From an uncultured delta proteobacterium (lineage in GTDB: Bacteria > Myxococcota > Myxococcia > Myxococcales > Myxococcaceae): 64,000 bases of DNA. Positions 42,853 through 55,019 of the stretch are shown piece after piece (position 1 is the stretch's first letter; every line of letters starts with the position of its first letter). The stretch lies in assembly GCA_963771175.1 (NCBI GenBank), contig CAVYSY010000033.1, positions 384,001 to 448,000 of the forward strand. Reading direction: 5' to 3'. The position numbers and the translations under genes are program-made. The notes under the pieces were generated by a model. The model did not search any database. It was not told where the DNA came from and saw only the letters and a program-made list of their open reading frames with translations.

Positions 42853-43833
42853 ATGCCCGAGGCCCTGAGCGGGGCCCGACGGGCCCTGGTGCTCTTCGTC
42901 GTTCAAGGCGTGCCGTTGCTCGGCTTCGGCGCCGGGGTGTGGCTCTTTCTGCGCGAGGGCCTGCGCGCGTTGGATGCCGGCCTGCTGGTGGGGATGTACC
43001 TGCTCACCATGACGGGCGTGGAGGTGGGCCTGCACCGCTACTTCGCGCACCGTACCTTCGAGACGACGCGCCCCCTGCGCGCCCTCCTCCTCATCCTCGG
43101 CTCGATGGCGGGACAGGGCTCCGCCCTTCTGTGGAGCGCCATCCACCGCGTGCACCACGCCCACACCGACCAGCCAGGAGACCCGCACTCGCCGGTGCTC
43201 GGCCGCAACGGCGCGTGGGACAAGTTCCGCGGGTGGTTCTGGGCCCAGTTCCTCTGGTACCTCGACGTGCCGGCCATCCCGCGCTTCGGCCGCCTCCTGG
43301 ACCGACACCTCGATTCACCAGCGGACCTCCTGTCCTCGAAGGAGGAGGAGCAGGCGCACCGCTTCGCGCGCACCCTCCCCGATCTCCTGCGGGATGAGCC
43401 GCTCGTGCGCCTCAACCAGCGCTATGGCACCTGGGTGCTGCTCGGCTTCGCGCTGCCGACCCTGGTGGGCGGCCTCGCCACGCTGTCGTGGGAGGGCGCG
43501 CTGCGCGGGCTCGTGTGGGGCGGCTTCGTCCGCTACTACCTCGTCCAGCAGATCACCTTCGCCATCAACTCGGTGGGGCACACCATCGGCGTGCGCTCCC
43601 TGAGCAGCCGGGATTACAGCCGCAACAACGTGGTGATGGCGGTGCTGACGCTCGGCGCTGGCTGGCACAACAACCACCATGCCTTCCCCGGCTCGGCTCG
43701 CATCGACTTCCGCTGGTGGCAGGTGGACCCGGCCGGCCTCCTCATCCGACTGCTGGCGCGGCTCGGGCTCGCCTGGGATGTCCGCCAACCCTCTCCCGAG
43801 GCCCTCTCGGCGCGAGTCTCGTCCCCCATGTGA
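42853..43833 (+). CDS. Acyl-CoA (delta-9-type) fatty acid desaturase; start uncertain, may extend to ~42772
   Basis: His boxes HRYFAH, HRVHH, WHNNHH. Confidence 0.93.
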   Translation: MPEALSGARRALVLFVVQGVPLLGFGAGVWLFLREGLRALDAGLLVGMYLLTMTGVEVGLHRYFAHRTFETTRPLRALLLILGSMAGQGSALLWSAIHRVHHAHTDQPGDPHSPVLGRNGAWDKFRGWFWAQFLWYLDVPAIPRFGRLLDRHLDSPADLLSSKEEEQAHRFARTLPDLLRDEPLVRLNQRYGTWVLLGFALPTLVGGLATLSWEGALRGLVWGGFVRYYLVQQITFAINSVGHTIGVRSLSSRDYSRNNVVMAVLTLGAGWHNNHHAFPGSARIDFRWWQVDPAGLLIRLLARLGLAWDVRQPSPEALSARVSSPM

Positions 43834-44149
43834 CACGGCCTTCCGTGAGCAGGACTCCAACGCTCACAGCTCGCGTCCGCCTGCTCGCTCTGCGCCCTGG
43901 CTCGGGCACCTACGTTGAGCACAAAACAATTTTCACGGATGCTCGGGGCCCATCTGGCAACGGCTGAAGCGCGTTGTCATTGAGCAGGAGTTCACGAGTC
44001 CCACGAAAGCCTGACCTCTCCGCGCGCCGGGGCGATGAGCCCTGATTGGCGCAACGACGGCTGGGTCATGGCATGGCCCGCAGCCTCCAGGACGTGCTCT
44101 AGCCCGCTGGACGTCCTTCACGGGACGTCCCCGCGATAGGATGTCCCGC

Positions 44150-44698
44150 ATGCGAAACCCGGGTCGGCCCCTGGAAACCCTGAGGAATGCCTGGACGCGG
44201 GCGCGCTCCCGTTGGTGGGTGCGCCATGCCCTGGACCTGGCCCTGGTGGCGCTCGTCTTCGTGGCGGTGACGGCCTGGCAGACGCGTCACCTCCCGAAGG
44301 GAGCGCCCGCTCCGGACTTCACCTTGCGCACCCTCTCCGGGGAGCAGGTGCGGCTGTCCGAGCTGCGGGGCAAGCCCGTGGTGCTCGCCTTCTGGGCCCC
44401 CTGGTGCGGGGTGTGCAAGGTCGAGTCCTCCACCCTCTCGGCGCTCCGGCGCACGGTGGGCGGGTCGGCGCACGTGCTCTCCGTGGCGGTGGCCTATGAG
44501 GACGAGGCGGACGTGCGCCGCTTCGCCCAGGAGCACGAGGTGGATTACCCCGTGCTCCTGGGGGGCTCGGGAACCATGGAAGCCTTCAACGTCGAGCAGT
44601 TCCCCACCACGTTCTTCATCTCCCCGGAGGGCCGCATCGAGCGGGCCTCCGTCGGCTACACCACCCGCCTCGGGCTGCTCTGGCGCATGTGGCTGTAG
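44150..44698 (+). CDS. TlpA/redoxin-family membrane-anchored thioredoxin
   Basis: TM, APDFTL, FWAPWCGVC, FPTT. Confidence 0.9.
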   Translation: MRNPGRPLETLRNAWTRARSRWWVRHALDLALVALVFVAVTAWQTRHLPKGAPAPDFTLRTLSGEQVRLSELRGKPVVLAFWAPWCGVCKVESSTLSALRRTVGGSAHVLSVAVAYEDEADVRRFAQEHEVDYPVLLGGSGTMEAFNVEQFPTTFFISPEGRIERASVGYTTRLGLLWRMWL

Positions 44699-44719
44699 AG
44701 GAACACGACGCGACGGGCC

Positions 44720-45013
44720 TCAGAGCAGACGGTCCGCGACGTACCAGAGCAGGGCGGCCCCGAGGCTGAAGGGGACGACGAGGTTGCCCGTCTCCGCCGC
44801 CGCGGACGCCACCACCGCATCACCCGAGGGAATCAGCAGGGCGGCGAGCGCCACCCCCCAGGTGACAGCGAGGGAGAGCGCACGCAACCCGGGCCGCTCT
44901 CGCGGAGGGAGGCGCCGCTGGAGCCGCGCCTGGAAGTCGTCGTCGGAGAGCTCGGACGGGAGCCGCCGCTGGAGCAGCGTGTCGAGCCAGACCTCATCAT
45001 CGCGGCCGTTCAT
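44720..45013 (-). CDS. Small two-TM protein, probable anti-sigma factor
   Basis: Start overlaps the ECF stop; two hydrophobic segments. Confidence 0.7.
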   Translation of the reverse strand: MNGRDDEVWLDTLLQRRLPSELSDDDFQARLQRRLPPRERPGLRALSLAVTWGVALAALLIPSGDAVVASAAAETGNLVVPFSLGAALLWYVADRLL

Positions 45014-45558
45014 GGGACCTCCTCGAGCTGTCGGCGCAGCTTCTCCTTCGCGCGCGCGACGTGGGTCTTGAGCGTCCCCAGGGGGCAGTCGAGGATGACC
45101 GCCGCCTCCTCGTGGGTCAGCTCGTTGGCGTAGGTGAGGACGAGCGCGGCCCGCTCGCGTGGCTTCAGGGCGGCCAGGGCCCGCTCCAGGTCGTACCGCT
45201 CCAAGAGCGCGTCCGGCAGGTCCACCTCGGAGACACCGACCTCCAGCGCGGGCGGCTCCGGCGGGGCGAGGCGGCTGCCCCGATCGTGGCTGAAGAAGGC
45301 GTTGCAGGCGATCCGGTAGAGCCAGGAGGAGAACTTCGCTCCGCCCCGATAGCCGCGCAATCCCCGGTAGGCACGGAGGAAGGTCTCCTGCGCCAGGTCA
45401 TCCGCCTGCGCCACATCTCCCCCGGTCAGCCGGCGCAGCAGGCCGCGCACGGCGGACTGGTGCCGTGCCACCAGCTCGCCGAACGCGCGCCGGTCGTCCC
45501 GCACGAGCACCCGGGTGATGAGCTCGGCGTCCGAGGGAGCTTCAGGAGGGGAGGACAT
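45010..45558 (-). CDS. ECF RNA polymerase sigma factor
   Basis: ADDLAQETFL, FSSWLYRIA, HEEAAVILDCPLGTLKTHVARA. Confidence 0.95.
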   Translation of the reverse strand: MSSPPEAPSDAELITRVLVRDDRRAFGELVARHQSAVRGLLRRLTGGDVAQADDLAQETFLRAYRGLRGYRGGAKFSSWLYRIACNAFFSHDRGSRLAPPEPPALEVGVSEVDLPDALLERYDLERALAALKPRERAALVLTYANELTHEEAAVILDCPLGTLKTHVARAKEKLRRQLEEVP

Positions 45559-45570
45559 GGGACGGAAGGG

Positions 45571-46278
45571 TTACGGCTGGGGCTCCGAGGCGAGCGCGGA
45601 CGACCACGAGCCCTTCCCTCCCTGCAGGCGCCAGACGAGCAGGTGCCCCACGCCGATGAGGAGGAGCGTCACCCCCGCCCCCCAGGTCCCAGGTGCGTCG
45701 GGAAGCACCGCCAGGAAGATCGCCAGCCCCAGCCCCGCCGTGGACAGGATGATGCCCCGCCGCAGGTCGGACGGCTTGCGCGGCGCCGGCGCGAGCAGCC
45801 CGGTGGGGATCTCCGCCCCCTTCTCCACCATCAGGCGCACCGTCTCGTGGATCTGACGCTGCCTGCGGTAGCTCGCGAACAACCAGGCCAGGAAGCCCGT
45901 CAGCAGACTACTGAAGAGAGCCACCGAGATGACGATGGGAGAGGGATCGAACCGGACATCGTCGGCCCTCAGCCGCTCGCGCTCCTGGAGCAGCGTGAAG
46001 AGCTGGTCGGGGTTGAGCCGCCCTTCCGGATCGAGCAGCCGAGCCTCGGACTCCAACTGCTGGATGTCCGCCTCCAGCTCACGCTGCTGGGCCGCGAGGG
46101 CCTCCCGGTGCGCCTCCAGCCTCTGGCGCTGTGCGTCGAGCGACCGGGGCAGCGGCACCTCGGGGGGTGTAGGCGGGGGGGATGGGGCAACGGGGGCCTC
46201 GGAGGGAGGCGGGGACTCGGCACGAGCCCCCATGGCGAGGGTGCCCAGGAGGCACGCGGCAACGAACTGGACCTTCAT
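45571..46278 (-). CDS. Membrane protein with coiled coil (DUF6249-like)
   Basis: Signal peptide, coiled coil, three TMs, HETVRLMVEKG and DLRRGII. Confidence 0.75.
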   Translation of the reverse strand: MKVQFVAACLLGTLAMGARAESPPPSEAPVAPSPPPTPPEVPLPRSLDAQRQRLEAHREALAAQQRELEADIQQLESEARLLDPEGRLNPDQLFTLLQERERLRADDVRFDPSPIVISVALFSSLLTGFLAWLFASYRRQRQIHETVRLMVEKGAEIPTGLLAPAPRKPSDLRRGIILSTAGLGLAIFLAVLPDAPGTWGAGVTLLLIGVGHLLVWRLQGGKGSWSSALASEPQP

Positions 46279-46388
46279 GAAGGACTCCTTCCAGCGGTTT
46301 TCGCGCGTTGAGACTCCCGGACCCGGCATTCTGGATTCACCCCCGATTTTTTTCTCCAAAGGCCGGGTCCACGCCGCGTGAGCCGGGG

Positions 46389-47759
46389 TCAGTCCTCCTG
46401 TCGCCTGACCTCCCCGCGTCGTCCCTGGAGGATCTCGAGGAACGAGCGGGTCCGCAGCTCGTCCAGCGTGAGGCCGGCGGCGCGAGCCTCTTCCTCGGTG
46501 AGGGCCCCGCAGGCGATGCCGCGCAGGAAGAAGTTGAGCAGCCCCTGGCCGGTGGCGGCGTCATCGAAGACATCACCCAGGCGTGTGGCCTGGGCGGCCT
46601 TGTCCATGAAGGCCCGCAACCGGCGCGAGGCCGCGTCCAGCCCCTCCAGGAAGAAGGAGTACACCGCGGCGTAGCGCACCGGAATCTGCGCCGGGTGCAG
46701 GTCCCACCCCTGGTAGAAGCCGTTCGTCAGCGCCTGGCGCACGTTGTCCGCGTGGAGGCGCCACGCGCGGTGGACGGCGGCGCGGTTCTCCTCCCGCTGA
46801 GCTGGAGTGAGGGCACCTCCCTTGGGAGCCTTGTGCGGCCCCACGGGCATGGCGGTGGTGGCGCCGTCGGAGAGGTGGACGTCCGTGCCCGCCAGGGACA
46901 CCTGCATCACCTGCCGGGCGAAGTCGCACGAGGGATGGAGCAGGTGCTGGCAGGACGCGGTGATGTCGCACGAGGCGGTGTAGTCGTACGCGCCGAAGTG
47001 CGCTCCGGTGCAGCGGCCGTTGGCAGCGGCCACCAGTTGGGGCAGGGCCAACGTCCCCTTCAGGTCGAAGAGGGACTGCGGCGTCTCCACCATCAGCTCC
47101 ACCTTCACCTCGCCCCGCTTCAGACCCAGGCCGGTCTCCAACTGGCCCAGCACGGAGTCGAGCGCGGCCACCTGCTCGCGCAGCGTCACCTTGGGCAGGG
47201 TGACCACGAAGTGGGGCGGCAGGCGCCCGCCCGTCTTCTCCACCAACGCGGAGAGAAAGAGGTCCAGGGTGCGGACGGCTCGGGAGAAGAGCTCCTCGCT
47301 GAAGGACTTGGTGCGGATGCCGACGAAGGGGGGAAGCGAGCCGCGCTCCAGGCCCCGAGCCATCTCCTCCGCCGCGGCCACCGCGTGCCCGTCCTCCTCC
47401 GCGTCCGGCCGGTGGCCGTAGCCGTCCTCGAAGTCGATGCGGTAGTCCTCCACCGCCTCGCGCCGCAGCTTGGCCCCCACGCGAGCGTGGACGCTCTCCG
47501 CCAGGGTGCCCTCCTCCGACAAGCCCAGCGCTCGGGCCAGGGTGCGCGCATCCGGCGCGTATTCCTCCAGGGAGCGAAGCGCTACCTCGGCCAGCTTCGA
47601 AGCCGTGTCGGCCTTGAAGAGGTGCGCCCCTCCATAGACGACATGGACGGGCTGCCGGCGGGAGGACGCCCCCGGGTAGAGACGGTTGAGGGCGGCATTC
47701 GCCTCCCGCAGGGAGGCTCGAGTGTCCGAGAGGCTCTGGGCGGTCAGGGTCGTCTTCAT
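46389..47759 (-). CDS. HpcH/HpaI aldolase/citrate lyase superfamily protein (DUF6986-like)
   Basis: RQPVHVVYGGA, RIDFEDGYG, HFGAYDY, SDGAT, YQGWDLHPAQ. Confidence 0.82.
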   Translation of the reverse strand: MKTTLTAQSLSDTRASLREANAALNRLYPGASSRRQPVHVVYGGAHLFKADTASKLAEVALRSLEEYAPDARTLARALGLSEEGTLAESVHARVGAKLRREAVEDYRIDFEDGYGHRPDAEEDGHAVAAAEEMARGLERGSLPPFVGIRTKSFSEELFSRAVRTLDLFLSALVEKTGGRLPPHFVVTLPKVTLREQVAALDSVLGQLETGLGLKRGEVKVELMVETPQSLFDLKGTLALPQLVAAANGRCTGAHFGAYDYTASCDITASCQHLLHPSCDFARQVMQVSLAGTDVHLSDGATTAMPVGPHKAPKGGALTPAQREENRAAVHRAWRLHADNVRQALTNGFYQGWDLHPAQIPVRYAAVYSFFLEGLDAASRRLRAFMDKAAQATRLGDVFDDAATGQGLLNFFLRGIACGALTEEEARAAGLTLDELRTRSFLEILQGRRGEVRRQED

Positions 47760-47873
47760 GGGGCTTCGGGAGACTCGCACCGGCCCGCGCCGCATTCCAA
47801 CGCAACTTGTTCGGGAGAGCCCCGATAATCCATGCTGCTCCCGACCCCCCCGGGTCAATTCGAGAGACACTCC

Positions 47874-48578
47874 ATGGACCCGATTGGCCGTCGCCCCGTT
47901 GCCGTCAAGCTGCCCCCCCAGCCCTCCCGGGCCCAGGCCACTCCGGCCGCGGTCACGACGAACACCGCCCAGGCGGTGGGTCACACGCTCAAGAGCGGCT
48001 TCGAGACACCGGGAGTGAAGGCCGCCCAGGCCCCCCAGGCCGCTCAAGGCACCTGGCGGGGCTCGGCGGACTCGGAGGTGGGCAAGGCGATCAACGTCAT
48101 GCTGGAGCGCCTCAAGCAGTGTGACGTCAAGATCAAGGGTGACACGCCGGAGAGCCTCTTCCGCCGGGCCATCCTGGACAACAAGCACGTCACCAACGAG
48201 CAGCTCCTGGCCATGACCCAGGTGAAGCTGGAGCAGCTCGACTCCGGCCCGGAGACGCGGCAGCAGGTGCTGAAGAAGATCCCCAACGCCCGGGAGCTGC
48301 CGGTCCACAAGTTCACCGTGGCCCTGATGTCGGCGGCGACGGGCATCGACGCCCAGAAGCTGTCCGAGGCCTGCCCGGACCTGGGGATGACCGGCGCGCC
48401 GGGCACCCCGCTGCTCTACGCGGCGAAGACCGAGCGCATGCAGCGCTCCACGGCCCTGCACGACTTCACCGACTACCTACGGGGTGCCGGCATCAAGGGG
48501 CTCAACAAGGCGGTCTGGGGCGTGGAAAACCGGATTCTCTCGGCGGCCGTCAGTGCGTTGGGCGGCGGCCGCTACTAG
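47874..48578 (+). CDS. Hypothetical protein
   Basis: 234-aa ORF with typical high-GC3 codons, directly upstream of cysE. Confidence 0.75.
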   Translation: MDPIGRRPVAVKLPPQPSRAQATPAAVTTNTAQAVGHTLKSGFETPGVKAAQAPQAAQGTWRGSADSEVGKAINVMLERLKQCDVKIKGDTPESLFRRAILDNKHVTNEQLLAMTQVKLEQLDSGPETRQQVLKKIPNARELPVHKFTVALMSAATGIDAQKLSEACPDLGMTGAPGTPLLYAAKTERMQRSTALHDFTDYLRGAGIKGLNKAVWGVENRILSAAVSALGGGRY

Positions 48579-48598
48579 CGGTTAACTTCAAGCCGCCC

Positions 48599-49444
48599 AT
48601 GGACGAACCCAACGGTCGGCTCATACAGACCCTCATCGAGGCCCGCCAGCACCACTGCTTCCCGCCGGACGTACGCGCCGCGGCGCCGGAGCTCATCCAG
48701 AAGGTGCTGGCCCTCCTCTTCCCCCATTTCTCCGAGCGGATGGACTGTAGCGCCGTCGGTGTCCGCTCCGAGGTGGCGGTGGTGGAGGCGGTGCTGACCC
48801 GAGCGCTGGTGACGCTCGGGTCGCGCTACCCCGGCCTGTCGCCGGAGCTGCCCCGCCGCTTCATGGATCAGCTCCCGGATCTCTACGACTGGCTGCGCCA
48901 GGACGCCGACGCCATCTTCGAGGCGGATCCGGCGGCGCGCAGCGTGGACGAGGTCATCCTCACCTACCCGGGCTTCTACGCCATCGCCATCTACCGGATG
49001 GCCCATGCCCTGCACGAGCTGGGCTTCCCCTTGCTTCCCCGGCTCCTCACCGAGCTGGCGCACCAGCGCACGGGCGTCGATATCCACCCCGGGGCGACCA
49101 TCGGGCGGCGCTTCGTCATCGACCACGGTACGGGCGTGGTGATTGGCGAGACCACCGTCATTGGCAACGGGGTGAAAATCTACCAGGGCGTCACCCTGGG
49201 CGCCCTGCAGGTGCAGAAGGATCTCGCGGACAAGAAACGCCACCCGACCATCGAGGACGACGTGGTGGTGTACGCCAACGCCACCATCCTCGGGGGCACC
49301 ACGGTCGTGGGCCGCGGCAGCATCATCGCGGGCAACGCCTTCATCACCCACAACATCCCACCCGAGTCCATGGTCACCCGCCGCAGCGAGGTCCGTCCGC
49401 GACATGGGGGTGAGGAATTCGACGAACTCGAGTATCACATCTGA
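48599..49444 (+). CDS. cysE: Serine O-acetyltransferase
   Basis: [40 protein letters not shown]. Confidence 0.95.
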   Translation: MDEPNGRLIQTLIEARQHHCFPPDVRAAAPELIQKVLALLFPHFSERMDCSAVGVRSEVAVVEAVLTRALVTLGSRYPGLSPELPRRFMDQLPDLYDWLRQDADAIFEADPAARSVDEVILTYPGFYAIAIYRMAHALHELGFPLLPRLLTELAHQRTGVDIHPGATIGRRFVIDHGTGVVIGETTVIGNGVKIYQGVTLGALQVQKDLADKKRHPTIEDDVVVYANATILGGTTVVGRGSIIAGNAFITHNIPPESMVTRRSEVRPRHGGEEFDELEYHI

Positions 49445-49499
49445 TATAACAGATATCCATCTGTCCTGGCAGACAGTTCCCCTACGAGGCCCGATACCC

Positions 49500-50420
49500 A
49501 TGAAGGTGAACAACATCCTGGAGACGATCGGCAACACGCCGCACGTCCGTATCAACCGGCTCTTCCCCTCGCGCGTCGAGGTGTACATGAAGCTCGAGCG
49601 GGCCAACCCGGGCGGGAGCATCAAGGACCGCATCGGGCTGGCGATGATCGAGGATGCCGAGAAGCGGGGCGTGCTGAAGAAGGACAGCGTCATCATCGAG
49701 CCCACGTCGGGCAACACGGGCATCGGCCTGGCGATGGCGTCGGCGGTGAAGGGCTACAAGCTCATCCTGGTGATGCCCGAGTCGATGAGCATCGAGCGGC
49801 GCCGGCTGATGGCGGCGTACGGGGCGACCTTCGAGCTGACGCCGCGAGCGCAGGGCATGAAGGGCGCGATTGCCCGGGCGCAGGAGCTGGTGGCGCAGAA
49901 CCCGAACGCGTGGATGCCGCAGCAGTTCGAGAACGAGTCGAACATCGAGATCCACAAGCGCACGACGGCGCAGGAGATCCTCAAGGACTTCCCCGAGGGT
50001 CTGGACTACCTCATCACGGGCGTGGGCACGGGTGGCCACATCACGGCGTGCGCCGAGGTGCTGAAGCAGCACTGGCCGAAGCTGAAGGTGCTCGCGGTGG
50101 AGCCGGCGAAGTCGCCAGTCATCAGCGGCGGGCAGCCGGGGCCGCATCCGATCCAGGGCATCGGCGCGGGCTTCATCCCGAAGAACCTGCACAAGGACGC
50201 GCTGGACGGCACCATCCAGGTGACCGAGGAGGAGGCCTTCGACTTCACCCGTCGCTCGGCGCGTGAGGAGGGCATCTTCGTGGGCATCTCCTCGGGAGCG
50301 GCGCTGGCGGCGGTGGCCAAGAAGCTGCCGGAAGTCGCCGACAACAGCCGGGTGCTCTGCTTCTGCTACGACACGGGCGAGCGCTACCTGTCCATCGAGT
50401 CGCTCTTCCCGGCGCAGTAA
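49500..50420 (+). CDS. cysK: Cysteine synthase A
   Basis: [36 protein letters not shown]. Confidence 0.96.
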   Translation: MKVNNILETIGNTPHVRINRLFPSRVEVYMKLERANPGGSIKDRIGLAMIEDAEKRGVLKKDSVIIEPTSGNTGIGLAMASAVKGYKLILVMPESMSIERRRLMAAYGATFELTPRAQGMKGAIARAQELVAQNPNAWMPQQFENESNIEIHKRTTAQEILKDFPEGLDYLITGVGTGGHITACAEVLKQHWPKLKVLAVEPAKSPVISGGQPGPHPIQGIGAGFIPKNLHKDALDGTIQVTEEEAFDFTRRSAREEGIFVGISSGAALAAVAKKLPEVADNSRVLCFCYDTGERYLSIESLFPAQ

Positions 50421-50444
50421 TCCCCTCACCCCAGGCGTCAACGA

Positions 50445-50482
50445 CCGTAAGCCCTTGGGGGGACTCCCTCCAGGGCTTACGG
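50445..50482. terminator. Long hairpin between convergent genes, probable bidirectional terminator
   Basis: ccgtaagccc-ttgggggg-actc-cctcca-gggcttacgg inverted repeat. Confidence 0.65.
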
Positions 50483-50871
50483 CTCGGAATCGTCCTTCCA
50501 TTCATCCGTCTCCAATTCTTCTGGAAGCGGTCTATCGATCAATGTCAGCCTCCCTGGCAATTGAACGACCAGGAAACCCTTGCCAGCGATTTTGATGTGC
50601 TCGGTATGCTGGGCCTGTCCGCTGGCAAGCCACTTGTCCGCCTCCTCACGCGTCGCGAACTCATGAGAAACCTCGACCGTGAATGACGGGTTGGAAAGCC
50701 TTTTGTAATACCTGGCGAAGTCGTCCTCCTTCTTGCTGTCGCGGATATAGAGCAACGCAGCTCGAGCAAGTTTGAAGGCCTCCCTCTCTTTCGAGCCCTC
50801 CGCATGATTCTCGATAAAGGGCTCAGAACGAGCAGCATGTCTTCCAAGTCGAACTCTGGAGTATATGTCAT
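50477..50871 (-). CDS. Cytoplasmic hypothetical protein (putative immunity), frameshift at ~50825
   Basis: MTYTPEFDLEDMLLVL.../PFIENHAEGSKEREAFKLARAALLYIRD...HEFATREEADKWL. Confidence 0.65.
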
Positions 50872-50895
50872 ATCAATACCGAACCCGCTCCCTGC

Positions 50896-51406
50896 CTACA
50901 GAGGAGCCAAAACCAGTGCACCACCCAGTATGGCAATGACGTAAGGAGCGGCAACTACGCCCCCCACAATGACGACGGCTCCAAGCGCCACCTCGGTTTT
51001 GTGCTCCCTGAGCCAGTCGAGTGCAGCGTCCATGGTTGGGAAATGAAGCTCCTTCTTCTGGGACTCCTGCCGCTCCAGCTCCTCCTGTTCCTTGACGCAT
51101 CGCATGAACACTTTGAGACATTTCTCGCTGCAGTACTTGTAATGATCTCCCAGAGTGCTTCTCGATACTCGGAAGTTCGGGCTTCCGCCTCCAGCACTGT
51201 TTGAAACACTGTTTTTGTATTTCGTTGCAGTAGGCCTCGGCGCCCGCGCCACCCGTTCCGCTCTCGACGTTGGAGCCAACTCCGCTCGCGTCCTCGGAAA
51301 TGATGTAGACTTTTCGCTCTGGCTGCTGCGTGTGGGCGCAGCCGACACTGGCCGTTGTCACAGCCATTATCAGAGCCACCCATCTCGTCAACGCGACTGG
51401 GCTCAT
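50896..51406 (-). CDS. Cys-rich lipoprotein with hydrophobic C-terminal hairpin (putative toxin), frameshift at ~51150
   Basis: Lipobox SVGC; C...CFKQC and CSEKC...C; C-terminus VALGAVVIVGGVVAAPYVIAILGGALVLAPL. Confidence 0.65.
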
Positions 51407-51474
51407 TGCTCTTATCCCCCTCGTGGTGCGCGGCCTCGCGGATTGCTCCGACTCCCAATCCCTCCCCCCCTGCC

Positions 51475-52620
51475 TCACTTCCCCGAGAACCCTCGCACCA
51501 TCTCGACGAGCCGGTCAATCTCCTCGGGCTGGTTGTAGAAGTGGGGCGAAATACGAATACGCCCACGGCGGAGCGAGAAGCTGACGTTGCGCTCGGAGAG
51601 ATACGAGGCGAGAGCCTTCACCTCGCCACTGGGCGGCAGGAAGGTGAGGATGCCGGCGCGGTGCTCGGGAGTGGGCCCGGTCTCGCACCCGATGGCACGC
51701 AGTTCCCGGTCCGCATGGGAGAGCAGCTCGCGGATGCGCGCCGCGACGTTCTCCATGCCCACCTCCAGCAGCAGCCCGAGGGCGGCGCCAAGGGCGTAGG
51801 TGCCGGCGTAGTTATGACTGCCCTCCTCGAACTTCGTGGCGTCCGGGCGCAGTTCGAAGTGGGAGCGGTTGAAGTTCCAGGCATCCGTGGTGGAGCGCCA
51901 GCCCACGAGCACGGGCCGCACACGCGGCAGCACGTTCCGGTCCACATAGAGGAAGCCGATACCGGAAACGCCCATCATCCACTTGTGGCTGTCGGCGCTG
52001 AGGAAGTGGACGCGGCTCTTCTTCACGTCCACGGGAATGCAGCCCACGCTCTGGATGCCATCCACGCAGAAGAGGACACCCGAGCGCTCACAGAGCGCGC
52101 CAATCGCATCCAGGTCCGTACGGTAGCCGGAGGCGAACTGGACGGAGCTGAGGGCGACGAGCCGGGTGCGCGGGGTGAGCGCGGCGGCGACGGCCTCCGG
52201 GGTGACACCACCATCGCGAGGCTCAATCTCCCGAACCACGACCCCCCGGTCACGCAGGTGCAACCAGGGGTAGACATTGGAGGGGTACTCGATGGACGAG
52301 GCGACCGCGACCTCGTCCCCGGGCTTCCAGTCGAGCCCCTCGGCCACGAGCCCGAGGCCGTGGCTGGTGTTGCGCACCAGGGCGATCTCCTCCGGGGCCG
52401 CGCCAATCATCTGGGCGGCGAGCCGGCGGGTGTTCTCGGTGCGCGCCTCCCAGCCACGCTCGTAACGGACGCCGTGCTGCACGAGGTCATCCATCCACTC
52501 GCGCACGGCGGTGGCGACGCGCAGACTCGTGGGCGCGACCCCGGCGTGGTTGAAGTAGAGCTGCTCCTTCACGACGGGGAATTCGGCGCGGTACTTGTCG
52601 AGGTCGAGGGGCGAGGTCAT
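51475..52620 (-). CDS. Class V PLP aminotransferase / cysteine desulfurase-like protein
   Basis: YFNHAGVAP, NTSHG, VDGIQSVG, DSHKW, RISPHFYN. Confidence 0.92.
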   Translation of the reverse strand: MTSPLDLDKYRAEFPVVKEQLYFNHAGVAPTSLRVATAVREWMDDLVQHGVRYERGWEARTENTRRLAAQMIGAAPEEIALVRNTSHGLGLVAEGLDWKPGDEVAVASSIEYPSNVYPWLHLRDRGVVVREIEPRDGGVTPEAVAAALTPRTRLVALSSVQFASGYRTDLDAIGALCERSGVLFCVDGIQSVGCIPVDVKKSRVHFLSADSHKWMMGVSGIGFLYVDRNVLPRVRPVLVGWRSTTDAWNFNRSHFELRPDATKFEEGSHNYAGTYALGAALGLLLEVGMENVAARIRELLSHADRELRAIGCETGPTPEHRAGILTFLPPSGEVKALASYLSERNVSFSLRRGRIRISPHFYNQPEEIDRLVEMVRGFSGK

Positions 52621-52719
52621 GGACGCGCGCATTATGCAAGAGCGCGCGTCCACCACCACGGCCTCAGAGGAGCGCCTCGCCGGCCCAGGTCCTCCCGAGG
52701 GAGGAGCCGTCGGACAACG

Positions 52720-54811
<2,092 letters not shown>

Positions 54812-54947
54812 AGGGTCCTCCGTGCGAGTCAACCGCTCACCCCCCGCGAACGGCCGGGGAGCGAGGAGGCTGGGACGGTGCCCGTTTCAACCGTGGCTGT
54901 CCACCGTTCATGCCCGAGCGCCCCACCAGCCATACCCGCGGTCAAAA

Positions 54948-54982
54948 CCCCCCTCATCGAGGGGATGGGAACGGGGTGAGGG
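54948..54982 (-). repeat. Degenerate REP-like palindrome downstream of the SET gene
   Basis: Minus strand ccctcaccccgttcccatcccctcgatgagggg resembles CCCTCACCCC-type REPs. Confidence 0.4.
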
Positions 54983-55019
54983 CCACTCGCTCCACGGGTT
55001 CAATCCGTGAAGCGGTGCG

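Noticed and set aside
43840..44140. Possible structured RNA or small frameshifted ORF after the desaturase
   Set aside because: Only short hairpins (e.g. ggacgt...acgtcc); no RNA family consensus recognised and no convincing start codon
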